A stretch of 64,000 nt of DNA, taken from a virus. The first letter of the stretch is position 1, and every line of letters starts with the position of its first letter. Below are positions 38,349 through 47,260 of the stretch, in pieces. The stretch lies in IMG/VR virus record IMGVR_UViG_3300028821_000038, positions 32,001 through 96,000 of that record. One strand, given 5' to 3'. The position numbers and the translations under genes were made by a program. The notes beneath the pieces were generated by a model, which was not told the origin of the DNA, made no database searches, and worked only from the letters and a program-made list of their open reading frames with translations.

Positions 38349-41300
38349 ATGTCTTTCAAGAAATTAAGTAGGCCATATAAGGAAACAGATGAACATGTAA
38401 AGGCAAAGTTGCTAGAAACTCTTTCAAATATGTTTCCAATACAAGGAAATTTTTTCACACTAAAAGCAACAAATTTTGCCATAAAAAAATCCGACCCATC
38501 TATGACTGATATAAAAAATGCCCTCATCAAGGGTTCCTCTTTGATGTCATCAGTTGTCGCGGATGTATCTTTGATTAATAACAATACAAAGAAGGTGATC
38601 GATAAAAAGAGAATGACAATCATGAGGGTGCCTGATTTCACAAAGAAGGGCTCTTTTATTGTTGACGGTAACTCATATACGGTTCCGTATCAGCAAAGGC
38701 TTAAGCCTGGCGTCTATACTATGATAAAGAGAAATGGCCAAACAGAATCCATGTTTAACCTTGCAAAAGGACGAAATTTCTCTATAAAAATAGACGAAAG
38801 TGGTATTTTTAGGATAAAAATAGGAACATCTCATGTGTATTTATACTCTATATTGCATGACTTGGGCATTCCAGATAGCGAAATTGTAAACTACATTGGG
38901 AAAAACCTCCTGGAGGTGAACAAAAAACACTATCACTCTTCGGATTCTGCAAAGTTTATAAAGCAATTCACATATAATGCTTCTTCTCATGATATTGGAA
39001 GCATCCAGGACGCTCTCAAGCATACCTCTGTAGATAAAAGTGTGGTAAAAAATACTCTTGGGGTTGAGTCACCTCATGTGGACCCTATTATGATTCTTCG
39101 TGCAGCCCAAAAGCTAAAAAATGTTAAATTTGGGAAAGAAGAGGAGGATGACAGGGAGAATCTTGTCTATAAAAAGATAATGACCCCGGAAGACATCATA
39201 TCCGAGTCTTTCGACAAGCTTGCCAAAGATGCAGTAAATAAACTCAAATTCAAACTAAGCAACCCATCCACCGAGAACCTATCTGATGTTTTTAGGGGAG
39301 GAAGTGGCTTGCTCACTAAGCCAATAAAGACATTTTTGACTTCATCTAAAATATCCAGGCTTAGTGAGGAATATAATCCACTAATGATGCATTCAGTAAA
39401 GCATCTGCTTACCCCTATGGGAGAAGGAGGGGTTGGTGATACACGGGCATTGAACCTGGATACAAAAGCTGTTCACCAAAGTCACTTAGGCTTTATAGAC
39501 CCGATAGCATCTCCAGAAGGAGCTAGTGTCGGAATTACTCTTTCTGTGACAGATAATGCCTATGTTGATGAGCATGGAAACCCAGCTATTGGAGTCATCA
39601 ATGCAAAAACTGGCAAGCGTGAAATTAAGAAAGTGTCTGATTTGTGGGATAAAAAACTAGCCTACCCAATTTCACCAGAAAAGGCCAAAAAGGGCGGTAT
39701 TGTAGTAAGATACAAAGACAAGGATATTATTGCAAAAAGCAAGAAAGATGTTGATTATATAATACCAAAAGATACAGATATTCACTCCCCATCTCTCAAT
39801 ATGGTTCCACTTGTAAACTCTTCAGACGCAAACAGAACCAATATGGCGCAAAAACATTTACAGCAGGCTCTATCGCTAAAAGAAAGAGAGGCACCAATTG
39901 TATCTGTAAAGAGCGGTAGCGACGATATGGCTGCAAAGCTTGTAAAAGATATGGAACTTCTTCCTCGCGCCCCTATAGATGGCGTTGTCACCAAGATAGC
40001 CAACGAGTATATATATATCAAAAATGGAAAAAATCTTGTAAAAGTTGATTATGTTACAAACATGCCGCTTGCGAGAAAAACATATTTGACACACTATCTG
40101 AAAGTTAAAGTGGGGGATAGAGTAAGAAAGGGCCAGATTTTAGCAGAATCAAACTACTCTAAAGACGGAAAGCTTGCGCTTGGAAAAAACCTAAGAACAG
40201 CATGGCTCTCGATGCCAGGAAACAGAAACGATGGAATAATAATCTCTGAAACAGCAGCAAAGGAACTATCATCCCTTCATATGTACAAAGAGGTTGTGGA
40301 TATCCCTCATGATTCTGTATTGGACAGAGAGAGATTTAGGAAGCTGTTTCCAGATATCGCTGCAAAATGGGGTATAGAGAACTATGATGAGCATGGTGTT
40401 ATAAAGAAGGGGACTATTTTAAAGTTCAAGCAACCCCTTGTTCTGAAAATGGCTAGGACTGATGCAAAAGAGATAAAATCAAAACTCGGAAAGGTAGTTC
40501 ACAAGCCTTATAAGGCAGTATTAAATATATGGAAGCACGAAAAAGATGGCGAAGTTATAGATGTTGAGAATAATGGAGCAGAAATACGCATTTCTGTTAA
40601 AACAGAGAGTGAAATGAAAATAGGTGATAAGCTCTCTGGAAGGCAAGGTAATAAGGGTATAGTAACTAAAATACTACCAGATGACCAGATGCCTGTTAAT
40701 ACCAAAGGTGAGCCTGTTCATGTACTGATGACTTCAGCGGGAGTTATCAGTCGTACAAATAGTGGTTCCCTTATAGAGGCCGGTCTTGGTAAAGTTGGAG
40801 ACAAGGCAGGCAAGACATACACTATTGGTCACTATGAAAAAGATGACAACTTGAAGTTTTTGGAAAGCGAAGCCAAAAAGCACAAAGTGGACCTATATGA
40901 AACACTTATAAATCCTGAGACAGGAAAACCATTTCCGCAGAAGATATTTGTAGGGAAGCCCTACATACTAAAGCTATTTAAGGATTCAGAGTCTGGAATG
41001 AGTGCTGTTGGTGTGGGTGCTACCGACATTAATGAACAACCCCTCAAAGGCGGAAATACTTCAGCTGCATCCATATCTGGAATGGAGGTGAATGGTTTAC
41101 TTGCTCATGGTGCCAAAGACTTTTTAAGGGAAGCCAAGCATATCAAAGGGCAAAAAAACGATGACTTTTTCCATGCCTTTAGAACAGGAAGCCCATTGCC
41201 GCCGCCAAAGGAGCATTTTGCAACAGAAAAATTCAAAGCATATCTGAGGCAGATCAATATCAATCCTATTGCAGACAAGCATACAAAAGAGTTCTCTTTG

Positions 41301-42671
41301 ATGCCAATGACAGACAAAGAAGTGGTTAAGATGTCATCTGGGGCAATCAAAAATACCGAAACAGTTGCCGCAAAAAATATGAAAGTTGTAAAAGGCGGAC
41401 TCTTTGATGAGAGCATCTTTGGTGGCCCCCAGGGTACAAGATATGGCCACATAAATCTTCCTATGAAGATATTGAATCCTTTATATAAAGAGCAGGTAGC
41501 TGGTTTACTTGGCGTTTCCGCAGGAAAGCTAATAGATGAAGTCAATCATAATGGGTTTGACGATATCGAGAAACGGATATCAAGTATAGATGTAGACAAA
41601 AAACTAAAGCAATTGAAGTATGAGTCTAAAAATACATCTAATCAGCAGCTCATAAATAAAAACATAAAACAAATCAAGTTTCTTGAGAAGATCAAAAATT
41701 CTGGTCACAAGCTGAAAGATGCAGTATTTATCTCAAAAATCCCAGTGATTCCTCCCGTATATCGCCCTATTGCCAAGGGGATGGATGGCTCAGTTACCGT
41801 TAATGATTTAAATATGTTCTACCAAGATATCGGAATGCTCTCTGATGCTATTAAGCACTCTGGGAAAATAAGCGGAGGTACAAAAAAAGAACTATCGAAA
41901 GACCTATATCACACTGTTGGCGCCTTATATGGAGTAGAAGAGACTCCCAATAAGAAGTTGAAAAATAAACAAATTAAAGGGGTTTTGGATATTCTAGGAG
42001 GAGAGACTCCAAAAAAATCATATATCCATAAAACCATGCTCAGGTCTAAGCAGTTTATGAGTGGAAGGGGAGTTATAAAGCCTGCTCGAAACGATATCGC
42101 CCTTGATGAGATAGAAATTCCTGAAAAAATGGGACTCGAGATGTATAGCCCTCATATTCAAAGGAATTTGGCCAGAAGAGGATATTCCCCAATAGAGGCA
42201 AAAGAGTTGATTGAAAATAGAGATCCAAGAGCTATCGAAACTCTTCATGAGATAGGAAAGCATATTCCTGTTGTGTACAACCGTGCTCCTACGCTATGGA
42301 AACACAATATACTAGGGGGGTATCCAAAGTTCATCAAAGGTAGCACAATCGGCATCAATCCTCTAGTCGAAAGAGCCATGAATGCCGATTACGATGGTGA
42401 TACTGTTTCAGTACATGTCCCCTTGACTGATAAGGCGATCCATGATGTAAAAACTAAAATAATGCCAAGTAAAGCATTGTTTACCGAGGAGAAGGGGTAT
42501 CACGATCCAGATGTTTTGTACCTGCCTAACCAAGATGCAACCCTTGGAATATATAAGGCGTCTTTAAAATCCAGAAAACCCGTTAAGAGGGTAAAAAATA
42601 TAGATGAATTGAAACACAAGATTGCATCAGGAGAAATAAACTATAACGATAAGGTGATAGTGACAAGCTAA
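38349..42671 (+). CDS. rpoB: phage multi-subunit RNA polymerase: beta subunit fused to beta' N-terminal (catalytic) half
   Basis: beta motifs GSFIVDG, IDPIASPEGASVG, DANRTNMAQKHLQQA, ALGKN..NDGIIISE, GDKLSGRQGNKG, QPLKGG, MEVNGLLAHGA; then beta' motifs GGLFDESIFG, GHINL, IPVIPPVYRP, SGRGVI, NRAPTL, NADYDGD (42381-42401). Confidence 0.95.
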   Translation: MSFKKLSRPYKETDEHVKAKLLETLSNMFPIQGNFFTLKATNFAIKKSDPSMTDIKNALIKGSSLMSSVVADVSLINNNTKKVIDKKRMTIMRVPDFTKKGSFIVDGNSYTVPYQQRLKPGVYTMIKRNGQTESMFNLAKGRNFSIKIDESGIFRIKIGTSHVYLYSILHDLGIPDSEIVNYIGKNLLEVNKKHYHSSDSAKFIKQFTYNASSHDIGSIQDALKHTSVDKSVVKNTLGVESPHVDPIMILRAAQKLKNVKFGKEEEDDRENLVYKKIMTPEDIISESFDKLAKDAVNKLKFKLSNPSTENLSDVFRGGSGLLTKPIKTFLTSSKISRLSEEYNPLMMHSVKHLLTPMGEGGVGDTRALNLDTKAVHQSHLGFIDPIASPEGASVGITLSVTDNAYVDEHGNPAIGVINAKTGKREIKKVSDLWDKKLAYPISPEKAKKGGIVVRYKDKDIIAKSKKDVDYIIPKDTDIHSPSLNMVPLVNSSDANRTNMAQKHLQQALSLKEREAPIVSVKSGSDDMAAKLVKDMELLPRAPIDGVVTKIANEYIYIKNGKNLVKVDYVTNMPLARKTYLTHYLKVKVGDRVRKGQILAESNYSKDGKLALGKNLRTAWLSMPGNRNDGIIISETAAKELSSLHMYKEVVDIPHDSVLDRERFRKLFPDIAAKWGIENYDEHGVIKKGTILKFKQPLVLKMARTDAKEIKSKLGKVVHKPYKAVLNIWKHEKDGEVIDVENNGAEIRISVKTESEMKIGDKLSGRQGNKGIVTKILPDDQMPVNTKGEPVHVLMTSAGVISRTNSGSLIEAGLGKVGDKAGKTYTIGHYEKDDNLKFLESEAKKHKVDLYETLINPETGKPFPQKIFVGKPYILKLFKDSESGMSAVGVGATDINEQPLKGGNTSAASISGMEVNGLLAHGAKDFLREAKHIKGQKNDDFFHAFRTGSPLPPPKEHFATEKFKAYLRQININPIADKHTKEFSLMPMTDKEVVKMSSGAIKNTETVAAKNMKVVKGGLFDESIFGGPQGTRYGHINLPMKILNPLYKEQVAGLLGVSAGKLIDEVNHNGFDDIEKRISSIDVDKKLKQLKYESKNTSNQQLINKNIKQIKFLEKIKNSGHKLKDAVFISKIPVIPPVYRPIAKGMDGSVTVNDLNMFYQDIGMLSDAIKHSGKISGGTKKELSKDLYHTVGALYGVEETPNKKLKNKQIKGVLDILGGETPKKSYIHKTMLRSKQFMSGRGVIKPARNDIALDEIEIPEKMGLEMYSPHIQRNLARRGYSPIEAKELIENRDPRAIETLHEIGKHIPVVYNRAPTLWKHNILGGYPKFIKGSTIGINPLVERAMNADYDGDTVSVHVPLTDKAIHDVKTKIMPSKALFTEEKGYHDPDVLYLPNQDATLGIYKASLKSRKPVKRVKNIDELKHKIASGEINYNDKVIVTS

Positions 42672-42715
42672 TACTAAGTGTACTTGGTGTAGTATTTTTA
42701 CAAAAAGGAGGGTTT

Positions 42716-43111
42716 ATGAGTAAAGAAAACAGTTTGTCTGAACTTGAAGAGCTTAATAGAATGGGTATTCCTGTCTCACACGACTTGGAACGTGAAATAA
42801 AAGCATATTTTTCAAAGGCGATTCAGGCAAAAAAAAACTCGCTGGGGGAAAAAGAAAAAAACACAGATCCGTCTACTAAGCTTATAGAGGTAAAGGTTTT
42901 TGGCTTCAAAGATGGAAACCTACAACACAATATGCCATGTCCAGTTTGTATGTCTAAACCAGCTACCTACATAAACGACAATGATTATAGCTACTTTGGG
43001 CCATGCACCAAGTGTTACACTAAAGGCTTTAGGATGGCGACCCCGGCTGAAAACAGAAGAGAAAAGGAAGAGGAGGGGACCTTCAAAAAATGGTGGAGGG
43101 CGTGGGTATGA
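42716..43111 (+). CDS. Zn-finger protein
   Basis: CPVC..CTKC; AAGGAGG RBS. Confidence 0.65.
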   Translation: MSKENSLSELEELNRMGIPVSHDLEREIKAYFSKAIQAKKNSLGEKEKNTDPSTKLIEVKVFGFKDGNLQHNMPCPVCMSKPATYINDNDYSYFGPCTKCYTKGFRMATPAENRREKEEEGTFKKWWRAWV

Positions 43112-43578
43112 GGGCAAGTATCGATAAAAAAACTGGTGACTTAATACTTCCCGAGGCTAAGGTTCAGTCTATTATAATATCTTTCCTAAAAAGATTTAGA
43201 GTGGATTTTAATAGAGTAAACGGAGCACAATTTACTATTGCTGGAAAAAACAAGAGGGGAAACAGCTCAAGTAGAGTTGTTAGATGCAATAGCATAAAAG
43301 GGAAGGCTGATATAGAAATATGGGGGCATGCACAAAAGGACAGCATACAGATACCTATAGTGCTATATATAGAGGTGAAAAAATCAAAAGGTGGTGTTCA
43401 GTCTGCACAGCAAAAAGACTTTGAAAAAATGATAGAGTCTCACGGTGGATACTATGCTGTTGTTCGCAACCTAGATGAGTTGTTAGATTTTTTAGGTGAG
43501 GTGGACAAGGATATCTCCTATAAACTAAGCGGATTCAAGCTTAAAATAGGCAAATACGATATATTTTCCACATCTTGA
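43108..43578 (+). CDS. VRR-NUC family nuclease (possible resolvase)
   Basis: GKADI..YIEVKKSKGGVQSAQQKDF..GGYYAVVR. Confidence 0.8.
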   Translation: MRASIDKKTGDLILPEAKVQSIIISFLKRFRVDFNRVNGAQFTIAGKNKRGNSSSRVVRCNSIKGKADIEIWGHAQKDSIQIPIVLYIEVKKSKGGVQSAQQKDFEKMIESHGGYYAVVRNLDELLDFLGEVDKDISYKLSGFKLKIGKYDIFSTS

Positions 43579-43659
43579 ACTACCTTTTAGTAGAGAGGAG
43601 CTCCTCACAAGTGGTACCGCCCCGCCGCAGTGGGCGAATTCAAACAAGAAGGATGAAAA

Positions 43660-43887
43660 ATGGGAAGTGAGTTAAATAAAGATGGTGGTCCTGCTGTAAC
43701 TCTAGGATACTACCTCGAACTTATATATAAAAAAATAGATAGTGGAAGCGATGTTATCATCAGCTCTCTTTCATCAGAAAACCTTATTGCTGGGAGACCT
43801 ATCAGGGTTGACGGAAAAACCGTAACAATATCATCGGAGGGTAGAGAAAAAGTAGTAAAAATATCCGATATTTTAGATATCAATTAA
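43660..43887 (+). CDS. hypothetical protein
   Basis: AAGGA RBS; 75 aa. Confidence 0.6.
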   Translation: MGSELNKDGGPAVTLGYYLELIYKKIDSGSDVIISSLSSENLIAGRPIRVDGKTVTISSEGREKVVKISDILDIN

Positions 43888-43890
43888 TAC

Positions 43891-44193
43891 CTACTTCCCA
43901 TCCCAGATGGGGAATACATAATCTATGACCCGTATCAACTCCCCGTCCTTTGTCCAGTTTTGCTCTTCTCTTACTATCTCCATATCGCCACCAGACTTCA
44001 GTACCTGATTTATAAATTCGGAATATTTCAGCGCCGTTGCATCGTTTATAATGATAAACACCTTGGTTGCAAATTCTTTTTTGGGTGTCTTTTTTTCAAT
44101 CTCTTTTTCAACAGTGGTAACATCCGCTGTGGGCATTCTAAGGGAGGCCGCAATACCCCTCGCCTGCTGTTCAATAATCTCATGCAATTCCAT
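43891..44193 (-). CDS. hypothetical protein
   Basis: 100 aa ORF. Confidence 0.6.
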   Translation of the reverse strand: MELHEIIEQQARGIAASLRMPTADVTTVEKEIEKKTPKKEFATKVFIIINDATALKYSEFINQVLKSGGDMEIVREEQNWTKDGELIRVIDYVFPIWDGK

Positions 44194-44197
44194 CTCA

Positions 44198-44467
44198 TTA
44201 ATCCTTATCTACAATGTCATATTTTGTAAGTGTAACATTTTGAAGCTTGTTTAATATTGATGCAGATATGGATACATGATCCTTTAGAGTGTGATTCTCT
44301 GCAATAGGACCAGCCTCTATTTGCCTCATAGCATATGCTTTTATCGCCTTTACCGGCGCAGATGTGTCTTTTGTGGAATTGATTAGGTCCGTAATAAAAT
44401 TGTACTCAATCCTAGAAAACACACTACTCATGATAGCTTTTTCTATCTTCTTATCGAGCAGAACCAT
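44198..44467 (-). CDS. hypothetical protein
   Basis: AAGGA RBS; 89 aa. Confidence 0.6.
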   Translation of the reverse strand: MVLLDKKIEKAIMSSVFSRIEYNFITDLINSTKDTSAPVKAIKAYAMRQIEAGPIAENHTLKDHVSISASILNKLQNVTLTKYDIVDKD

Positions 44468-44481
44468 GCAAGTCCTTTTTT

Positions 44482-44490
44482 TGATATAAT
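44482..44490 (+). promoter_or_regulatory. extended -10 promoter TGnTATAAT
   Basis: TGATATAAT preceded by a T-tract, upstream of the HU-like gene. Confidence 0.6.
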
Positions 44491-44531
44491 AATATCAGCT
44501 TAGGCTTTCGAAATCAAAGATAGGAAGAATA

Positions 44532-44807
44532 TTGAAACTGACTCATAGAGAACTCGTAAAAAAAGTAGCACAAAATGCAAGACTAGAGGTCGAAATAGTA
44601 AGCAAGGTACTTAAAGCTCTTCATTTTGCGATTACTGATGCTATAGAGAAGGAAGGGGATGTTGTATATATCCAAAATATCGGCTCCTTTACACTCAAGA
44701 AGCGTAAAGGTAAATACGATATTCTATCTGGAGAGCCAAGAATAACTGAGGATAAGATGTACATATCCTTTAAACCATCAAGAGGACTGAAGATATGGAA
44801 GGTTTAG
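44532..44807 (+). CDS. HU/IHF-family DNA-binding protein
   Basis: THRELVKKVA..VYIQNIGSFTLKKRK..ISFKPSRGLK. Confidence 0.85.
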   Translation: MKLTHRELVKKVAQNARLEVEIVSKVLKALHFAITDAIEKEGDVVYIQNIGSFTLKKRKGKYDILSGEPRITEDKMYISFKPSRGLKIWKV

Positions 44808-44986
44808 CAGCATTAGAAAAAAGAGCATTTATCGGAAGGGCGCTGAAGATGTTTAATCCATTTTCACAAAGGGTTCCTATTGGCAAAATCCCATCCAAGA
44901 TGGGTACTGGAATTGCGTTTACTCTTCCTTTTGGGACGGGTTCTTCTAGTATAAAAAATTTCCAAAGGAATAAATATGTCTGGTAA
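44795..44986 (+). CDS. small basic protein with LEKRA motif
   Basis: MEGLAALEKRAFIG..; 63 aa. Confidence 0.6.
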   Translation: MEGLAALEKRAFIGRALKMFNPFSQRVPIGKIPSKMGTGIAFTLPFGTGSSSIKNFQRNKYVW

Positions 44987-45131
44987 AGCTTTTTCAATAT
45001 TTGGTAGAACTAAACCATGGGGCGCTTTGAAGATTCCGTCTATTAACGGTATTGCAAAAAAACCCCCTACGCAGTCACTTGCTACCAAATATCCAAATAC
45101 AGTAAAATCTACTACACAGATTATAAGATAA
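44976..45131 (+). CDS. small basic protein, 51 aa (not in ORF track)
   Basis: AAGGA RBS; MSGKAFSIFGRTKPWGALKIPSINGIAKKPPTQSLATKYPNTVKSTTQIIR*. Confidence 0.55.
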   Translation: MSGKAFSIFGRTKPWGALKIPSINGIAKKPPTQSLATKYPNTVKSTTQIIR

Positions 45132-45141
45132 AGGATTAGAT

Positions 45142-45708
45142 ATGATTAAGAAAGGTGGCTTATCCACAATTGAGAAGACGACGCCAAAACTAACTAGAAG
45201 CATTGCTAATGATATTATGCTGGGTGCGGCTGGTATAGCCGCTGGGGCGCTAGGTGTAAAAACCGTAGATGCTCTAACTGGAATGGCAAAAAATGTATAC
45301 GATTCTTCTCAATATAGTTCCACAATACGCTATGCTAAGAAAAAACATCCTGAATTAAAGCAGGTTCCAGAAGAACAGCTTACTGCATGGCTTGATGCAT
45401 ATCACACACTATCTCCCAGGCTTGCCAGCAATAAAGAGCTTGCTTCCAGCATGCTTGTAACCACCCATAATTATGGTGGAAATATTGATTTAGCAACAGC
45501 TAAACTGATTGCAGATGCTGGTGATAAGGCTAATAGACAGAGCAATAACAGTAATGAAATTGTGCAAATAATAGGAGCTGGAAGCAATTTTGCAAAAAAT
45601 ACAATAGATACAGCAAATGGTCTAGGTTCGCTAAGTCGTAGAGGTATTCCACGCAGCCATACAGGTGATATAGTAGGTGGTTCCAGCACCATAGAAAATA
45701 GCAATTAG
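45142..45708 (+). CDS. putative virion/ejection protein with glycine-zipper segment
   Basis: MLGAAGIAAGALG hydrophobic segment; AAGGA RBS. Confidence 0.5.
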   Translation: MIKKGGLSTIEKTTPKLTRSIANDIMLGAAGIAAGALGVKTVDALTGMAKNVYDSSQYSSTIRYAKKKHPELKQVPEEQLTAWLDAYHTLSPRLASNKELASSMLVTTHNYGGNIDLATAKLIADAGDKANRQSNNSNEIVQIIGAGSNFAKNTIDTANGLGSLSRRGIPRSHTGDIVGGSSTIENSN

Positions 45709-45716
45709 GAATTGTA

Positions 45717-47021
45717 ATGGAAAATTCACAATCTATTGAATATGAGCTCGTAAAAGAGAAGGCAAAAAGAGATGCCTCATATGAATATGGCAAAGGGAGT
45801 GTTGAACCTATTGCCAAGGGCGCATTTAGTGGTGCATTATCTTCTGGGATAGCATCTAGGATTTTCAAACCTAAAAGTAGATGGGGAGAGCTGGCTCTTA
45901 TTGCAGGGGGAACCCTTGCGGGTGCATTTGGAGGAAATGCGTGGAATAATTATAAATTGAAAAAAGCTCAAGAAGGAAGAGAGTGGCTCAAGAAGCATCC
46001 AGCCCCTCCTGGTAATATGGGTTCTTCTGGCATGATGGTTAAAACTTCTAGTCGCAGCGAACAGTTTCGTGTGAACTCGGAAGAAACACCCAGCAGGAAA
46101 ATAGGACTCAAAGATGTTGGTTTTGATACTGCGGTTGGTGGTGGTATTGGTGCTACTCTTTATGGGCTTGGCAGTGCAATAAAATCAAGAGGGAAAGTAT
46201 TTTCTAAAGTAGGAAGAGGCTCTCTGGGGCGGGCTGCGCTCAAGGGGGGATTGATATTTGGTGCCACATCTCCAACAGCAGATATCGCCGCAAAGCTATA
46301 TGGTAAAGCTGGTGGAGATGACAAGGATCATGCAGCTTTATTTGCTGCATATGGTGCTGGTACTGGAGTTGCTGAACCAATAGCTACTAGACTGGCTGGG
46401 AGATATGCAACAAGCCAAGATACTGCAAAAAAATTAGAGGAAACAGTGTCTAAGGCTAGTCCATTTACTGATGCAAATGAAGCTAGAAATTTACTGTATG
46501 GATATAAATCAAAAACAAAAGGTAGTGAATTTTTTAAGCATATTAGAGCCGCAACGAAAAAATCAATTGTGCGGAATGCATTAGGAGGGCTTGCCCTAGG
46601 ATATATGGTAGATAAGCTTAGTAAGCGCCATAAAAAAAAACTAAAAAAAACAGCTAGTGTTATCATATCTGTCGATGAGGCAATTAAAGCCAAGGAATAT
46701 GAGGCAAGAAAAATCTTAGAGGATAGCTCACTTGGTAAGGATTTGGCAATTACCGGGGGAGCCTTGCTTGGTGGTTATGGGGCGGGGAAGCTCGCCGGAT
46801 ATAAACACGCCAGCAAACTTGGTGCTGCTATTGTTGGCGGTTATGGCGCCTTTAAGGCGTTAGAGCATGCCATAGCTAGAGAGAGAGCAAAAAGGTTTTT
46901 GAAGTTGCCATATCATGGTAAAGTTTATGAGGTAAAAAAAGAACACGATGAGCAACAATTTCCTGTTGATAAGATTTTAGCAACTTACACAGGAATGAAA
47001 CTTATAGACAAAGGGGCATAA
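45717..47021 (+). CDS. multi-glycine-zipper putative ejection/membrane protein
   Basis: repeated GxxxGxxxG helices; MVKTSS and LKKTAS separate the modules. Confidence 0.55.
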   Translation: MENSQSIEYELVKEKAKRDASYEYGKGSVEPIAKGAFSGALSSGIASRIFKPKSRWGELALIAGGTLAGAFGGNAWNNYKLKKAQEGREWLKKHPAPPGNMGSSGMMVKTSSRSEQFRVNSEETPSRKIGLKDVGFDTAVGGGIGATLYGLGSAIKSRGKVFSKVGRGSLGRAALKGGLIFGATSPTADIAAKLYGKAGGDDKDHAALFAAYGAGTGVAEPIATRLAGRYATSQDTAKKLEETVSKASPFTDANEARNLLYGYKSKTKGSEFFKHIRAATKKSIVRNALGGLALGYMVDKLSKRHKKKLKKTASVIISVDEAIKAKEYEARKILEDSSLGKDLAITGGALLGGYGAGKLAGYKHASKLGAAIVGGYGAFKALEHAIARERAKRFLKLPYHGKVYEVKKEHDEQQFPVDKILATYTGMKLIDKGA

Positions 47022-47036
47022 CCCCTCTGTCAGCTT

Positions 47037-47260
47037 GGTGAGCGTTATTTGTTTTGACCTCTTCCGCAAATAGGGAGCGTTGTGATTATCCGTATCATTA
47101 CTCCAGCAATATAACTGGCCGCTAGAAACGGGATAGTGTTCTGAGCGTCACGACAGGAGTCATTTCTTCTTCCCCTCTTCGCAGGGTTGTGTAGATCTTT
47201 GCTCATATGAGTCCTTTTTGGGAAATTTGGGGTTTTCAAGCCCCCTTCCTTTCGCTCACC
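47037..47260 (-). ncRNA. candidate structured RNA with paired ends, containing a 53-aa ORF
   Basis: starts at the GG of the promoter motif; 5' GGTGAGCG pairs with 3' CGCTCACC; GC-rich relative to its surroundings. Confidence 0.45.
47045..47206 (-). CDS. small peptide, 53 aa
   Basis: AAGGA RBS; MSKDLHNPAKRGRRNDSCRDAQNTIPFLAASYIAGVMIRIITTLPICGRGQNK*. Confidence 0.4.
   Translation of the reverse strand: MSKDLHNPAKRGRRNDSCRDAQNTIPFLAASYIAGVMIRIITTLPICGRGQNK

Noticed and set aside
40005-40020. Fifth copy of the (TA)n promoter motif
   Set aside because: AGTATATATATATCA lacks the GG flanks and lies within the RNAP CDS (EYIYIK)
653-42671. Cellular rpoBC locus or bacterial chromosome
   Set aside because: No ribosomal-protein or other housekeeping context; motifs are highly divergent; surrounded by portal, rII and RecT phage genes
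21877-42671. Inteins or introns in nrdA, dnaB or the RNAP genes
   Set aside because: Motif spacing is continuous, and no C..HN intein ends or LAGLIDADG blocks were seen
43579-43659. Small RNA or tRNA in a GC-rich gap (palindrome GAGGAGCTCCTC; CGCCC/GGGCG stem)
   Set aside because: No cloverleaf or recognisable family; too little evidence beyond short stems
47037-47260. tmRNA or tRNA (3' end reads CACCA; internal ..PFLAA resembles a tag)
   Set aside because: No T-arm (GTTCRA) before the 3' end, the CCA is inside the stem, LAA is not followed by a stop, and it is short for a tmRNA
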